From Haliotis rubra (Eukaryota), in the NCBI RefSeq assembly GCF_003918875.1, contig NW_025767300.1, forward strand, positions 186,001-250,000: a DNA stretch of 64,000 nt, written 5' to 3'. The stretch's first letter is position 1. The number at the start of each line of letters is the position of its first letter. This document shows, piece by piece, positions 12,401 to 24,762 of the stretch. The translations under genes and the position numbers were made by a program. The notes below the pieces were generated by a model, which was not told the DNA's origin, did no database searches, and saw only the letters and a program-made list of their open reading frames with translations.

Positions 12401-15400
12401 CAGTTGTTTACGTAGACCCATCAGCAGTCGTTAACCTAGACCCATCAGCAGTTGTTTACCCAGACCCTTTAGCAGTTGTTTACCCAGACCCTTTAGTAGT
12501 TGTTTACCCAGACCCTTTAGCAGTTGTTTACCCAGACCCCTTCAGCTGTTGTTTACCCAGACCCTTTAGCAGTTGTTTACCCAGACCCTTAAGCAGTTGT
12601 TTACCCAGACCCTTTAGCAGTTGTTTACCCAGACCCTTTAGCAGTTGTTTACCCATACCCTTTAGCAGTTGTTTACCAGCCTTGTAATGCCTTTTACCAG
12701 TGTATGAAATAAGCCAAAACCCACTTGCCGTCAGGGCTGGTAACATCCTAACATCAATTCTAAATGCCCTTCAAAGAGTTGATCATAACATTACCATCCA
12801 AAAGTGGATTTAACCGGACCAGACAGCAAGATATGGTGAATTTATTCAGATGTATCGAACATCTAAAAAAATTCACAGACCATCGGGCTGGCTAGCTGTA
12901 AATTAAGAAATCTAACCCATCTTGGGCGGTCGGATGGGCCTTATTTCATACACTGCTTTTACTCAAACCCAATAATGATTGTTTATCCAAACCCTTTAGC
13001 AGTTGTTCAGATGTCAGTGTGATGTGATTTAGTAATAACTGGACCACCAAGTAAGATTTCCTTATTTAGTGGCAATGACCATGATGATGTACTTGGGTAT
13101 TATGAGAAATAGAGTAAGAATGACTAATTGCTATCAATATAAGGAAGAAACCTTAAATTTGTCTCAGTCAAATGAAACAAAGAAATGGTCTATGTTAATA
13201 CATGCCTTTTTCACCTACTAATTTTGATCTGCATGCAGAAAATAAGTGTGTGTGGTGACTCCACATGAGCAGATTAACTGCATGTATGAATGATGTTCTG
13301 TTGCCAGATATTGCAATAGCTGTGGTTGACCTGATCCAGGAACTGACCGACGTTGACACCCTCAATGAGAGCGAAGAGGGTGCAGGTGCTGTAGTAGATG
13401 TGTTGGTGAGTCTGTGCTGTTAAGGGAAGCTCACTTAAATATCTTTCCAATCAGATGCCAAACTTTACTGCCCAGAAAACTTAATTTCTTGTGTTAAGAT
13501 TTTGTAAAGATATTTATTAAAATCACTGAAAATATATTTGGTGTGTCCCAGGAAGTGAATCTTCCATTTAATGAATTCAGAATGTCTCAATTCTGTGAAT
13601 AATTTCTTTCCCATTTAAATACCCATATACCAGCTTATCTGTTATTTAGACATTTCAATTCCTGTGTTTCTTTGCCATATTCCCTTCCTCAATACCCATG
13701 TACCAGCTGATCAGTAAATAAGCCATTATACTCCCTGTCTGTGAAGGCTGTATATTTCTGTCCTCCAGCCGTGCTAAGTTGTGCTGCAGGTGTGCCACAG
13801 GTGTGCTACAGGTGCCACCTAAATCAATTCCCTGCCTTCACTGTTGAAACAGCACATGTACTGGGGTAGTGTATAAAATGTGTTGTGCATCTCCCTTTAA
13901 CAATGTTTTGGTCTCTCAAATCCACCATTGTTCATTTCAGCAGGTATGTACATCTCTTGCCTTGCTCACGATAGCGAATGTTTGTTTGTTTCTAGTTGGA
14001 AGGGCAAGTGGTGGCAGTTCTGGTTCAGAATCTTGATCGACTTGATGAGAACGTGAAGGAGGAGAGTGATGGTGTGCATAACACTCTAGGTAAGGGAGGG
14101 GGATCATTACCTGACCATAGGGCTTGCTTTCCTGTGTGTGTCAACATCGAACCAGGGCTGGTTGTTCAGCACTAGTGGTGTGACGACGATTCATCGATAC
14201 CCATCGATGCATTGATCCATGGGCCGCGATACAGTGAATCGATACACAGTTTTACATTGTCATATATACCGATACGATGTTTCAAATGGGCCATGATACA
14301 TCAATGTTTTACTTTGAATATTGCCGAATCGCGATATCTTTCAAGAAAGACTTACTTGTGTTTGATGATTAAAATATATGCGTACTTATTTTCCATTCAT
14401 AAGTTTCTCGGAAATTCTTGCGTCAGGAACTGTGTCAAACATAGGGGTCGCATTTTATTAACATTCACAAAGTCTGTGTCTTAATTATCTCATTTCCGAA
14501 TGAACATTGAAAAACGCTGGCGGAATTTGATGAAATGCTTTAAAATAGTTTTGTTATTATCTTTTAGAGTTGGTGTTAGAATTAAAGAGTTTAGTATCGT
14601 GATATGTATCGTATCGCCACCTTTGTATCGGGATTCGTATCGTATCACAGCTTAAGTAAACAATACATTGGCAATATATCGTCGTGACTAAGATTTTAGT
14701 ATCGTGATGTATCGTATCGCAGGTTGTATGCCAATACCAGCACTATTCAGCACAAGGCCCTTGTTTGTTCTTCATCACCAAACGCAAGCTGAATGTTCAG
14801 CTACATACCTTTGCTAGGTGTTCTCCACCAAACCATGCAGGATGTTAAACACCAAACCAATGCTGGTTGTTCAGCAACATGTACACTGAGGTGACATTTC
14901 AGTGCATGAATGATGTCATTGTTTTCTTGAATACAGCTAATAAGTGCATGGAGCCCAGATTACACATCAGTTAAGCAATCAGGTCAAGTTAAGCAACGCT
15001 GGTCATGGAGAGTCCTTGGAGGGGTGACCATGTTTGGCAGCTTGACTCCTGAGAGTTTCTAGGACTTTAATCCTGCCTCACAACAAAGAACATGTAAAAC
15101 ATGTGGTCTCACCTTAGGCAAGTGAATTCAAAATTGCCTCTGTTCACCCAGCAGTGAATGGGTACCCGTTGTGATCAGTCATATGACTATTAACCTTCTA
15201 GTACCTCACAGGCAGCTTGGGTTAACTGGTGTATGAAGTAATAGTGTATTAGCAGACATGTCTTGAATATTTATATAAGTTGTACATATGTCCATTAACG
15301 GGTGACAGTGGAGTTAATATATTTCTGTTCCAGCTATAGTGGAGAATGTCACCGAGTTTCGAACTGAAGTGACCACAGAGGCAGCCCAGCAAGGCCTCCT

Positions 15401-18242
15401 GCAGTGGCTGCTGAAGAGAGTCAGGGTAGGGGAGCTTCTTCCACCATCTTATAGCACACTAGCCATATTCAGTCTGACTTGTTTGTCATATGTCAGCCAC
15501 TCCCAGCCAGAGAGACTTGTTTATTTGTCGTATTGTGTTTCTACTCTCCCAGCCAGAGAGCCGTATCGTATATTTTCGTAGATAAACCGAATTTTGAGGA
15601 CCCCAAAAAGCAGTCAGTAGAAGGGGGTCGGCTTATCTATGGGTTACGCTTTCATCAAACTTTTTTCTAGGGGTAAGAAAACATATTGCTTCGCGTGAGC
15701 AAACAACAGAAGACGACTTTGTCAGTAGAGATGTCAAATTTGCAATTAAACATCACTAGACAAGATTATTTACCTTTTAAGTTCTAAGTTGTTTTTGCTG
15801 GGCATTGTATTATTTGCAGGGATTAAGATTACCATGTGTATTTGAGCCGGAAATAGCAATCAGCTGTGCACACGTTTCCTGGCAATCAAGATCAAACATG
15901 CACAATAATATAGCGGAACGAATTCTGACGCAGTCATCAGTAAAATATAATACAGAATACTATTATTTAACCCAAAGAAATATATCCTAGCATTGTGTAA
16001 TTTTAATGTACAGTTTTTGCTCTATATATGTCAAATATATATAATCAACAGTAAGGTTATACGGACCCTCATGAACGTGGTAAGTGGAAGTTGTACGCAC
16101 ATGGAATGAGGTAAAATAAGCAAGCCATTTAAATTCACACATTTTTACCAAAGTTACTGTAAACTAGCAGTCCATGGCAAACGAGGCGGTTATCAGTCCG
16201 TGATTGTTGATGATATGATGCGAAATTGGCTATCGCGGTTGGAGTGAAAAACGTACCCTCACAAATGTGGTAAGCAGAAGTTATACGCACATGGAATGGG
16301 GTAAAATATGCAAGCCAGTTTGTTGACATGTGATCGTCCAGCAACAATAAGTATGATATTTAGTGAAACAAAATATATTATCCATTTTCTGTCAACTACC
16401 GGTACACTTCATTTCGATGTGTGAGTAGACGCAATATGATTGTGAATTCTTTGAATAATGTGGACCAAAGTTATATAATTATCGGTAACTGCCAGTTGTC
16501 TGTGTTTGCTGCGATTAGGACCCCATCGCAGGGGATCGGCTTATGTACGAAACATACCATTTTGACACTGATTTTAAGGGTCAAGTTTGGGGTCGGCTTA
16601 TCTATGCGGTCGGCTTATCTACGGTAATATACAGTATTTCATATTGTGTTTCTACTCTCCTATCCAGAGAGACTTGTTTATATGTCGTGTTGTGTTTCTA
16701 CTCTCCCTGACAGTCATATGCCAACCTCTTCCATTCTTCCATGTGTGGCATATACCAGCAGCTTGCACAAAAGGAATATTTGAAATATTTGAAATATGTT
16801 TATGCTCCTTACTCAGTGATGTCTGCAATGGTTGGTGTTTTGTTGTTTACTGCCGCACTCAGCAATATTGCAGCTATATGGCTGCGGTCTCTAAATAATC
16901 GAGTCTGGACCAGACAATCCAGTAATCAACAACATGAGCATACGATGACATGTGTCAACTAAGTCAGTGAGCCTGACCACCCTTACAATAAGCATGGGCT
17001 ACTGAAGACCAATTCTAACCCGGATCTTCACGGGGTGCTGTCTGTATTGCAAGATATGAAGTTTGTAGTGGGATTCAACGTAGATGCTCTGGTGATGTTT
17101 GTTGGGTGATGTTTTTTTATTTTTGACCTTAATTTGACATTTGCACCATGGATCACATCCTACAAGTATTTCAAAATGACTTTCATCTCACTGTAAACGG
17201 CATCTTCTCATGCAATATCCCCACATGCTCTTTCCCACCAATAATGACACACCAATTTGTGTGAGATTTCTTTTTTGTATCTGATTGTCACCATAATGAT
17301 ATTTATGGTCTGCCATTAGTCAGTTCTTTACGAGACCTGTGAATATCCAGGTTAGAATTTGTCTGCAGCAACCCATGCTTGTTGTAAGAGGCGACTAACA
17401 GGATCGGGTGGTCAGGTTCGCTGACTTGGTCGACACATGTCATTGCATCCCAATTGCGTAGTTCAATGCTCATGTTGTTGATTACTGTATTGTCTGGTCC
17501 AGACTCGATTATTTACAGACCGCTGCCATACAGCTGGAATATTGCTGAGTGCGGCATTAAACAACAAACAAACCCAACCAATCCATTCTGCTTTACAAAA
17601 TGTCTTTAAATTTGGTACATGTGTATTTACTAGTGAGGCTGATCATATATGTTCAGCCACCCATTCATTCTTGCAGATTTGGAAATATTGTAGAAAATAA
17701 GCTACTTGTTTCATATAGGTCCTCATTATTTGTAACTATTATAATGTTGGTACTTTTTTCTTTCAGGCTAAAATGCCATTTGATGGGAACAAATTGTACT
17801 CAAGTGAAATACTGGCAATACTGCTGCAAAATTCTGATGGTAAGAGAGAGGTTTATTTTTTATAAAATCGTATATTTAGTTCAATCTGAATGGAAAGTTA
17901 AAATGAGCTAATATCCTATGCACTGTCTGCTGTCTGTTTTGAAAACTAAAACAACTCTGGAAATAGCAAAAAGACAAGATAATGAAAACCATCAAATAAT
18001 ATTTTTGCAACATTTAGAGCTATCCCAATAGTAAAATAAGAAAAATACAGCATTCGAATTTCATGCTGTTTGTACCTAATGTCTAAAAGGAAATGTTTAG
18101 GAATCACTTGGTGTTGCTGTACTTTTGGGTTGTGTATTTACAGAAAACCGACAGTTACTGGGAGACATTGATGGCATCGATGTCCTGCTTCAGCAGCTGG
18201 CTGTAAGTTGACAAGTAGATATACATACCACAAGTAGTAGTA

Positions 18243-18293
<51 letters not shown>

Positions 18294-21200
18294 ATAGTGA
18301 GGTGACGTGAGGTGAAATTGGGTTTAACGTCGTGCTTGAGAATATTTCGCTCATATGACGACGTGCATGCGTGTGTATGTGTATGTGCGGCTGCTTGTAC
18401 TAGCCCAGACTTAAGCTGGTTTTATAGTGCTAGCCCACTGAGATACCATGCCGCAGTGAAGCATGAATACCCCACTCAGACACATTATACTGACTCCGAG
18501 CCGACCAGTCCTTGTTGTACCCATTAATGCCGAGCGCCAGGCAGGGACCAACAAGTACCATATTTTAGCGTCTTTTGGTATGACGCGGTCGGGGATCGAA
18601 CCCGCGACCTTACGGCTCTCGGTGGGCGGCTGCTCTAACCACTACACCGGTTAGTAGTAATAGGAGGCCGGTTAGTAGTAATAGTAGTAGACCGTGTACA
18701 AATGGTGTATGTACTTGTAGGCCTATGTTGGAAGCCACGAGACTGTACAAATGGTGTATGTACTTGTAGGCCTATGTTGGAAGCCATATGTTGGAAGCCA
18801 TGAGACTGTACAAATGGTGTATGTATGGCCTTGTAGGCCTATGTTGGAAGCCATGAGACTGTACAGATGGTGTATGTACTTGTAGGCCTATGTTGGAAGC
18901 CATGAGACTGTACAGATGGTGTGAGATGTACTTGTAGGCCTATGTTGGAAGCCATGAGACTGTACAAATGGTGTATGTACTTGTAGGCCTATGTTGGAAG
19001 CCATGAGACTGTACAGATGGTGTATGTACATGTAGGCCTATGTTGGAAGCCATGAGACTGTACAGATGGTGTATGTACTTGTAGGCCTACAAGAAGCATG
19101 ATCCTAACACTAAAGATGAGATTGAGTACATGGAGAACATGTTCAACTGTCTGTGCTCGTCCCTCATGCTGCCGGCCAACAGAGTCAAGTTCCTCAAGGG
19201 TGAAGGTCTGCAGTTGATGAATCTCATGTTGAGGTTTGTACTTGATCACTTCTTCTTACAAGTGCTCTACAATTGACGTAGTTATGTTCATTGGTATGTG
19301 TGAATACTTTTCTTGATAAATCTTAGCATTCACATCCAAGAATTGTGGGTAGTCTGACTGGCAGTGTGATTCTGTTGTTTGAAATGTTGTGTTTCTTCTT
19401 AGACTTTGCTGTTGCCCAGTTTCCTTTGAATTCTTTGAACCAGTCAGCATGGTCAATTTGCTTGTGGTGGATTGAAATGACATCAAGTTTTTTGCTGCAT
19501 ATCAACATGTCTGTCCCACCTCCATTTTAGTACAATTGATAACAACCTAAGTTTCCATGATAACTAGTTTTAGACTGAGAAATAAATATGTTTGTCCACC
19601 CACCCACCCAACCAACCAGACATTCCTGTGACACTGGAAAATAGTGAACAGGTCAGTTGAAAGCATCTCCACTCCTTCTGGTATTTAGTGACCCCCTTAA
19701 AATCTCCAGATGTCTATTTCAGAGAAAAGAAGTTATCCAGGAACAGTGCTATCAAGGTGTTGAATCATGCCATGACAGGGAACGAGGGTTTGGACAACTG
19801 TCAGAAGTTTGTGGACATCTTGGGGCTACGAACTGTCTTTCCCCTCTTCATGAAGACGCCGAAACTGGCTAAGGCTGGTCCTACACCTGACGAGCTTGAG
19901 GGTGAGAAACATGAGTACTGGATGGAAATACTTGTTTAAAACATGATCTCAGTGTCATTATTATTGTGATTTCCTCAAACAAATCTTTCATGTTGACGAG
20001 TACTGTATACTGGAGCTACAGAAAAACAAATTGGATATTACTGTGAGATTTCTACAGATATATGTGTTTTCATGCATGTGTATTTGCATTTTTGATTTGT
20101 AATATTAAGAGAAGGAAATAACTTTGACTTAGTTGACAGTTGTGTATCCAGATTAGATTATAATGCCTATTTACTGGTAAATTTCATCACCCATGTGACA
20201 CTTTTCTGTCTGTTCCAGAACACATCAGCTCTGTGATTGGTTCATTGTTACGGAACTGTTCTGGGCCACAGAGGCAGAGACTACTCAACAAATTTACTGA
20301 AAATGATCATGAAAAGGTAATATACATGTACTTCATATGAATCCTTTAGTTTTAGATAATTTGACTTGAATTAACCACACAGTAGAGATTCTACTTGTAA
20401 GTTGTAGCTGTATCATGAGGGGAATAATAACCAGAGAGATGCCTCAAACCACATATACCAGGGGATGAATCTCATAAACATTTCAGCCATACCACAGGGC
20501 TGGTTAGATGTAAAACTTGCCAGCCCAGACCAAAACTTACCTGCCCACACAAAATACTAATGTAAAATATTGAAAAAACTAATACTAACTTCATATACGT
20601 CTAAATTTGAACCCGACTGTCGGGCAGGTGAATTTAAGAATCTGGCAATCCGTGTTGAAAAGAACCTGTACATGCTGCATGTACCCCAATGATACTGCAT
20701 ATTTCTCTTGCCGACATCTTTCTGTCTGCCGATGTTAAAGAGTTAAAACAAATTGGAATTGGAGGTAAAATAATGTTTGTTATGCTGCAGGTAGAACGAC
20801 TACTTGAACTCCACTTCAAGTACCTTGATAAAGTGCGGACTTGTGATGAACAGATTGAAAAAGAAAAAAAGGTATGTTCTTAGTGCTGCTGCTTACTTCC
20901 CTTTGTGTTTGTATGATGATGACTACACAAATTAAAATGTCATACAGCCTTCTAGTTGGCCACATGGCTCAGCTGTAGTCTTATGGTCTAAGCATTCACT
21001 AATCATGCTGAAGTCAAAGGTTCGATTCCCCACATGGGTACAATGTGTAAAGCCAATTTTGGGTGTCCCCACCTTTTATATTGCTGGAATTTTGATAGAG
21101 TGGCATGAAAGCCAACTCACTCTAGTTTGCCACAGAATTTAAATAATTTAAACCTGATTAGTACCACCCATCACTACTTAAAATATCTTGTGTATGGTAA

Positions 21201-23387
21201 CTGACTTGATGCCTTTCAATTTTCGTTTTGCTATTTTAATGGAACAATTTTCCTGTAGTGTTACCTAAATTTCATTTAGATCTCTGTGCCCTAAAAAATG
21301 AACCCATCTGAATCCCTGTGTCTGTAAAACTCATGCAAAGAAGAGGTATGTGTATTGAAGCATTGCCTTCCAGAGACTGAGGCAGACAGGCGAGGACATC
21401 GATGACACAGCTGAGGAAGTGTTTTATCTGAAGAGACTGGATGTGGGACTGTTCACCTTACAACTCATTGACTACATCATGCTGGAGATCTGTGCTACAG
21501 GGGCACCATCAGTAAGTGCCTCAATTACCATATGAAAAATCTGTTCACAATTTCAGTCGATTATTACTAAATGAGCAAGTCATCAATCTTTTCTCTCTCT
21601 TTATGTCAATATGTAAAACCATGCAAGACAAGTTAGGCAAGGAGAAATAATTCTTCTGTTAATATCCAGATAATCTGAACATAGAATTATGTTCAAATCT
21701 GGCAATTGGCTAACCTATTAATAATATCACCCTAAACGAATTCATGTCTTAAATGACCAACACAATGATGAAAAACATTTATAAATTGTTTCATGAGCTA
21801 AGTTGTTCTTTCCAAGGCGTTCCGACTAGCACCTTTACCTGTCAGGTAGATGGTATTTTACCTGTCGGTATCCCGTACCTGGGATGGTGTGTCGTTACCT
21901 GAACTACGGTATACCCCCGTACTTCGGTCCTGACGATATGGGATGTGCGAGAGGTACAGTGTCAGTACCCGGGGGCCCTTGGAACTTTACCGTAGTTCAT
22001 CCAGCAAACACAAGACGATGATCTTCGTTCAATAGCTTTTATTGACACTGTGTTGCCGGTCAACCTACTCTATGGTCACTCTATAAGACTTCAGCCGCAA
22101 AGCTTCAGTCTTAAGCCAAAATGCTGGTGCTTCAAGATAATTTCTGAGACGATTCCTAGTGACCAACAGCAAGAGCAGGCCCGCACCAGACTCCCGTTTC
22201 TGAGCTTTGCTCCCGCTTAAACCTGGGTTCCTACGTCACAGCCAACACCCTTTTTCATTTTTTCTATTGGTCAATAACCCATAATTTGACTATCTATTAC
22301 TCTCCCCCACCTCTATTTCGTACCCCCACTACCATATTTGTACGACCGTGAGGTGGATTCCAGGAATCTCAGGGTCTCTCTCCCCTAACCATATATGGCT
22401 CGTAGAGTACCAGGAACTGGTGGCCAGGTCCCCGGCCACGTCGCTCCATCTTGATAGTATAGTAGTTTTTTCCTCTATCTAAGCTATGAGTCACTTCATC
22501 CTGCACTCACCAGCTCCAGCGACCTACTTTCATGTTCATTACCTACGTTACTGACTTTCTTCCTTACCTCCCACCTTACAACGTTACCAATCACTTCATA
22601 TCTTAAATATTTTATTAAATCTCTCATAATTTGTATCTTCTGCCCCCTTAATCCCCTGTCATTAATAATGTTAATTGTATATCTCTTATTATAACAAATA
22701 CCATTATCTCATGCCTATAATAGTTCATCCTTGGTCCTAGTTTATCAATACCCATCATGACAAAAACAATGTATATGTTGTTTCAGATTCGACAAAGAGT
22801 TATGCAAATTCTGAACATGAGGGGAGGTTCTATAAAGGTGATCAGGAACATCATGAGAGGTGAGCACTAGTAGTAACCAGCATCAAGGTGGGGAGATGAA
22901 CTCCTGTAGCTTGGTGTAAATGGCCGACCAAGTCATAACAGCACCAAATGGCTAAATGGGGTTTCCAGTCATTGATTGTCAATCATGAATCTTTGTTGTA
23001 CTTACACATGATCGGGGCCCTGGTTGTGGGCAATGTAGGCAACATTTCTCAAAGAACAGTTTCAAAATTTCATTATTCCCCCAAACAAATATATATATAT
23101 CTAATGACCCTGTTATAATAGAACATTTAGTTATCTTTACAAAGTAATGTTTTCCTCTCAAGATACTAGGCATCGACCACATTCCTCTTTTGATGAATGC
23201 AACTACTAGTACATTAAATACAACAAATGTGTTGCTCAGTGTACATTACGTAATGGTCCTTTCATGTATAAGCTAACTTCTTGCGTCTTCTGTGGCAGAA
23301 TATGCGGGTAATATTGGAGATGCTAAAGATGAGGAGCTGAGAGAAACAGAACAGAACAGGATTATTCAGCTGGTTGACAAATTCTAA
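4894..23387 (+). CDS. CTNNBL1: Beta-catenin-like protein 1 (Prp19/CDC5L complex), 16 coding exons, 544 aa
   Basis: GT-AG exons, all in frame: 4894-4923, 7155-7289, 7523-7629, 10084-10223, 13308-13405, 13996-14089, 15334-15425, 17767-17839, 18144-18202, 19085-19233, 19723-19901, 20219-20316, 20791-20871, 21374-21511, 22787-22859, 23299-23387 (1635 nt). Diagnostic peptides: MDVGELLSYQP, NQEMRIKFPDLPEKFMESE, HENTDIAIAVVDL, FLKGEGLQLMNLMLREKK, KFTENDHEKVERLLELH, EYAGNIGD. Confidence 0.96.
5272..5368 (+). mobile_element. 5'-truncated Meta/MESC-type SINE
   Basis: TTCTGGTGTCCCCCGCCGTGATATTGCTGGAATATTGCTAAAAGCGGCGTAAAAC plus (CAGT)n tail; imperfect TSD TCCAAGTT(G/T)GAAC. Confidence 0.8.
5730..6318 (-). 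mobile_element. V-domain-type tRNA SINE intermingled with a ~43-bp minisatellite
   Basis: Body 5839-6150 matches copies at 18297 and 27669 (GTGCTAGCCCACTGAGATACC...GACACATTATACTGACTC); flanked by repeats of TAAGGTATAGAGTTGGGTGAACCCTACCCTATCTATGC. Confidence 0.7.
8073..8421. mobile_element. hAT-like MITE (CAGGGAT termini, 6-bp TSD)
   Basis: Termini CAGGGATTTAC...GTAAATCCCTG; TSD ATAGAG on both sides; second, interrupted copy at 41318-47980. Confidence 0.85.
8832..8883. repeat. 19-bp perfect inverted repeat with AT-rich spacer
   Basis: TATGCCCCAATATATACAT ... ATGTATATATTGGGGCATA. Confidence 0.8.
9066..9265. other. Assembly gap (200 N) in CTNNBL1 intron 3
   Basis: Run of N; the CTNNBL1 frame joins across it without needing a missing exon. 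Confidence 0.99.
9340..9403. repeat. (AT)n microsatellite
   Basis: Direct observation. Confidence 0.95.
9504..9994. mobile_element. hAT-like MITE with 6-bp TSD
   Basis: CAGAGCTCCAGATAAG...CTTATCTGGGCCTCTG; TSD ATATTC on both sides. Confidence 0.75.
10760..12680. repeat. 24-bp minisatellite array (~1.9 kb) in CTNNBL1 intron 4
   Basis: Unit AGCAGTTGTTTACCCAGACCC(TTT/TTC/ATC), roughly 80 copies. Confidence 0.97.
12698..12955. mobile_element. MITE with 7-bp TSD at the end of the 24-bp array
   Basis: TIR CAGTGTATGAAATAAG / CTTATTTCATACACTG; TSD CTTTTAC; a degenerate array unit resumes after it. Confidence 0.8.
14173..14745. mobile_element. hAT MITE with 8-bp TSD
   Basis: TAGTG...CACTA termini, many subterminal CGATAC/GTATCG motifs, perfect TSD TTCAGCAC. 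Confidence 0.85.
15566..16634. mobile_element. Tc1/mariner-pogo-like non-autonomous element
   Basis: TA-flanked imperfect TIRs (T)CGTATATTTTCGTAGATAAACCGA / TCGGCTTATCTACGGTAATATACAG; repeated GGTCGGCTTAT motifs. Confidence 0.65.
16833..17035 (-). mobile_element. CORE/MESC-type SINE
   Basis: Reverse complement of the family at 17334 (GCACTCAGCAATATT...CTGGACCAGACAATCCAG...CCGGATCTTCACGGG). Confidence 0.8.
17334..17580 (+). mobile_element. CORE/MESC-type SINE
   Basis: GACCTGTGAA...CATGCTTGTTGTAAGAGGCGACTAA...GCTGGAATATTGCTGAGTGCGGC plus (AAC)-rich tail; further copies at 16833, 53600, 55850. Confidence 0.85.
18232..18296. repeat. (AGT)n microsatellite
   Basis: Direct observation. Confidence 0.9.
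18297..18650 (-). mobile_element. Near full-length V-domain-type tRNA SINE inserted in an (AGT)n tract
   Basis: B-box GGTTCGATCCC and A-box-like GTGTAGTGGTTAGAGC on the minus strand; (CACCT)n tail; flanking TAGTAGTAATAG repeats. Confidence 0.85.
18689..19090 (+). repeat. 49-bp minisatellite whose unit contains the CTNNBL1 exon-10 acceptor
   Basis: Unit GTACA(A/G)ATGGTGTATGTACTTGTAG|GCCTATGTTGGAAGCCATGAGACT, ~8 copies; the last copy supplies the in-frame acceptor (exon starts 19085). Confidence 0.92.
20966..21123 (+). mobile_element. Degenerate Meta/MESC-type tRNA SINE
   Basis: GGTTCGATTCCCCACATGGGTACAATG body; flanks CTAGTT(G/T)GCCACA on both sides. Confidence 0.7.
21787..22762 (-). mobile_element. 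Possible solo LTR in CTNNBL1 intron 14
   Basis: Begins TGTTTCATGA and ends TCATGACA (imperfect TG..CA inverted ends); reverse AATAAA near 22040; GC-richer than flanks. No clean TSD. Confidence 0.35.
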
Positions 23388-23551
23388 CTCAGATGAAAAT
23401 CCAAGGTCATACCTTGTTACAATGGTGACATGCTCTGCCTGAAATGGACAATGAGATCACATCCAGCAGATGCAACAACACCCATGAAGACTAAGTGTGT
23501 TCAGAGACCTGCAAGACCAACCATGACAGATCAGTCATGGGATGTGATACA

Positions 23552-24155
23552 CAGGCCTACCGAAGAAAACTTTCCCACTGTGCAGAAATACGCAGAAAAG
23601 CCCACATTCATCGTGGAAATAGCAACATAAACACATTACCTTGCTACTGAAACAGTGAAAACGGCAATGAAAAACTATGAAACTGCAACATTTTTATATC
23701 AGCGAACTTTGACCTTTACTGCGCATGCGCATTAGGAACCAGGCTTCTTTCCAATTTCCGAGCAACCGTGAATCGCCTCGCGTAGAAAAAGTATTAAATA
23801 TGTCGAAATAATTGCTGTCAATCGTTTCATACGAATGGAAAGTAAACTAAACAAGTGTGCACACAAGTATCATGATGATAAATGCCAAATAACACAACAG
23901 AAATACTTAAAAAGGAATGTAACTTTTGTCCAAGCTGGAAAATGTCAACATGCGGTCGAGACTTCCTCTTTCATGTGCGCATGCGCAAAATCTAAGTTGC
24001 GGACTCCTCGTTTTATGATGCAGTGTTAGCGATTTAAAGTTGACGCTTTTACTGTTTCAGTAGCGAGGTATTATGTTTATGTTGCTATTTCCTCGATTAA
24101 TGTGGGCTTTTCTGCGTTTTTCTGCACAGTGGGAAAGTTTTCTTTGGTAGGCCTG
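23552..24155. mobile_element. MITE with ~110-bp TIRs just downstream of the CTNNBL1 stop
   Basis: CAGGCCTACCGAAGAAAACTTTCCCACTGTGCAGAAA... / ...TTTCTGCACAGTGGGAAAGTTTTCTTTGGTAGGCCTG; 5-bp TSD ATACA. Confidence 0.88.
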
Positions 24156-24501
24156 ATACAGAAGGGATTTCAGTGAACCTTCATTGACTTTATGTGTCAA
24201 CCCATTGTGCAGCTGCAGTGGGTGGAAGGGACATGCTGACATGGAGGTAGAAGTCATTATGACCACCAAGACTACCACAGAACATTGCCTCATCATATAC
24301 AATACAATAGTGGTCCTAATGCTTCTCATGTTGGTTCAAACAAACTGTGACAAGGTTCTCCACATTTTCATCTCAACCAACCAAAACAATTTCAGTCACT
24401 TTTGAACAGTCAACTCTGAATGGATTGTTCTTTTCCACTGCAGTGGAGACATGACTCCACTATGATAGTAAAACATTGTATGTTTAAGAGCTGAAGAGGG
24501 G

Positions 24502-24762
24502 TAGGGGTGAAACGGTATACCACAGTATTAGTAGAACCACAGTATTTTACCTTTGGTTCGGTATGCTGTAATGCAGTCTAAAAATTCAGTATTTTCAGTT
24601 TTCTTACCATCATTTTGTTAACCTTTTTAGACCTTTTCTAAAATATCTATAAATCTAATCTTTTGTCAAAATCTTGACGGCTGCTATTTCCCCGGAAGAA
24701 AGTTCTCATGTACCGAACCGAAGGCCTTGTACTGCAATATATAGTGTACCGTTTCACCCCAA
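24502..24762. mobile_element. hAT-like MITE
   Basis: TAGGGGTGAAACGGTA...TACCGTTTCACCCCAA; degenerate 8-bp TSD (AAGAGGGG / CAGAGGAG). Confidence 0.65.

Noticed and set aside
10666-12746. Long repetitive ORFs (up to 403 aa) on both strands
   Set aside because: By-products of a 24-bp intronic minisatellite; CTNNBL1 splices cleanly across it.
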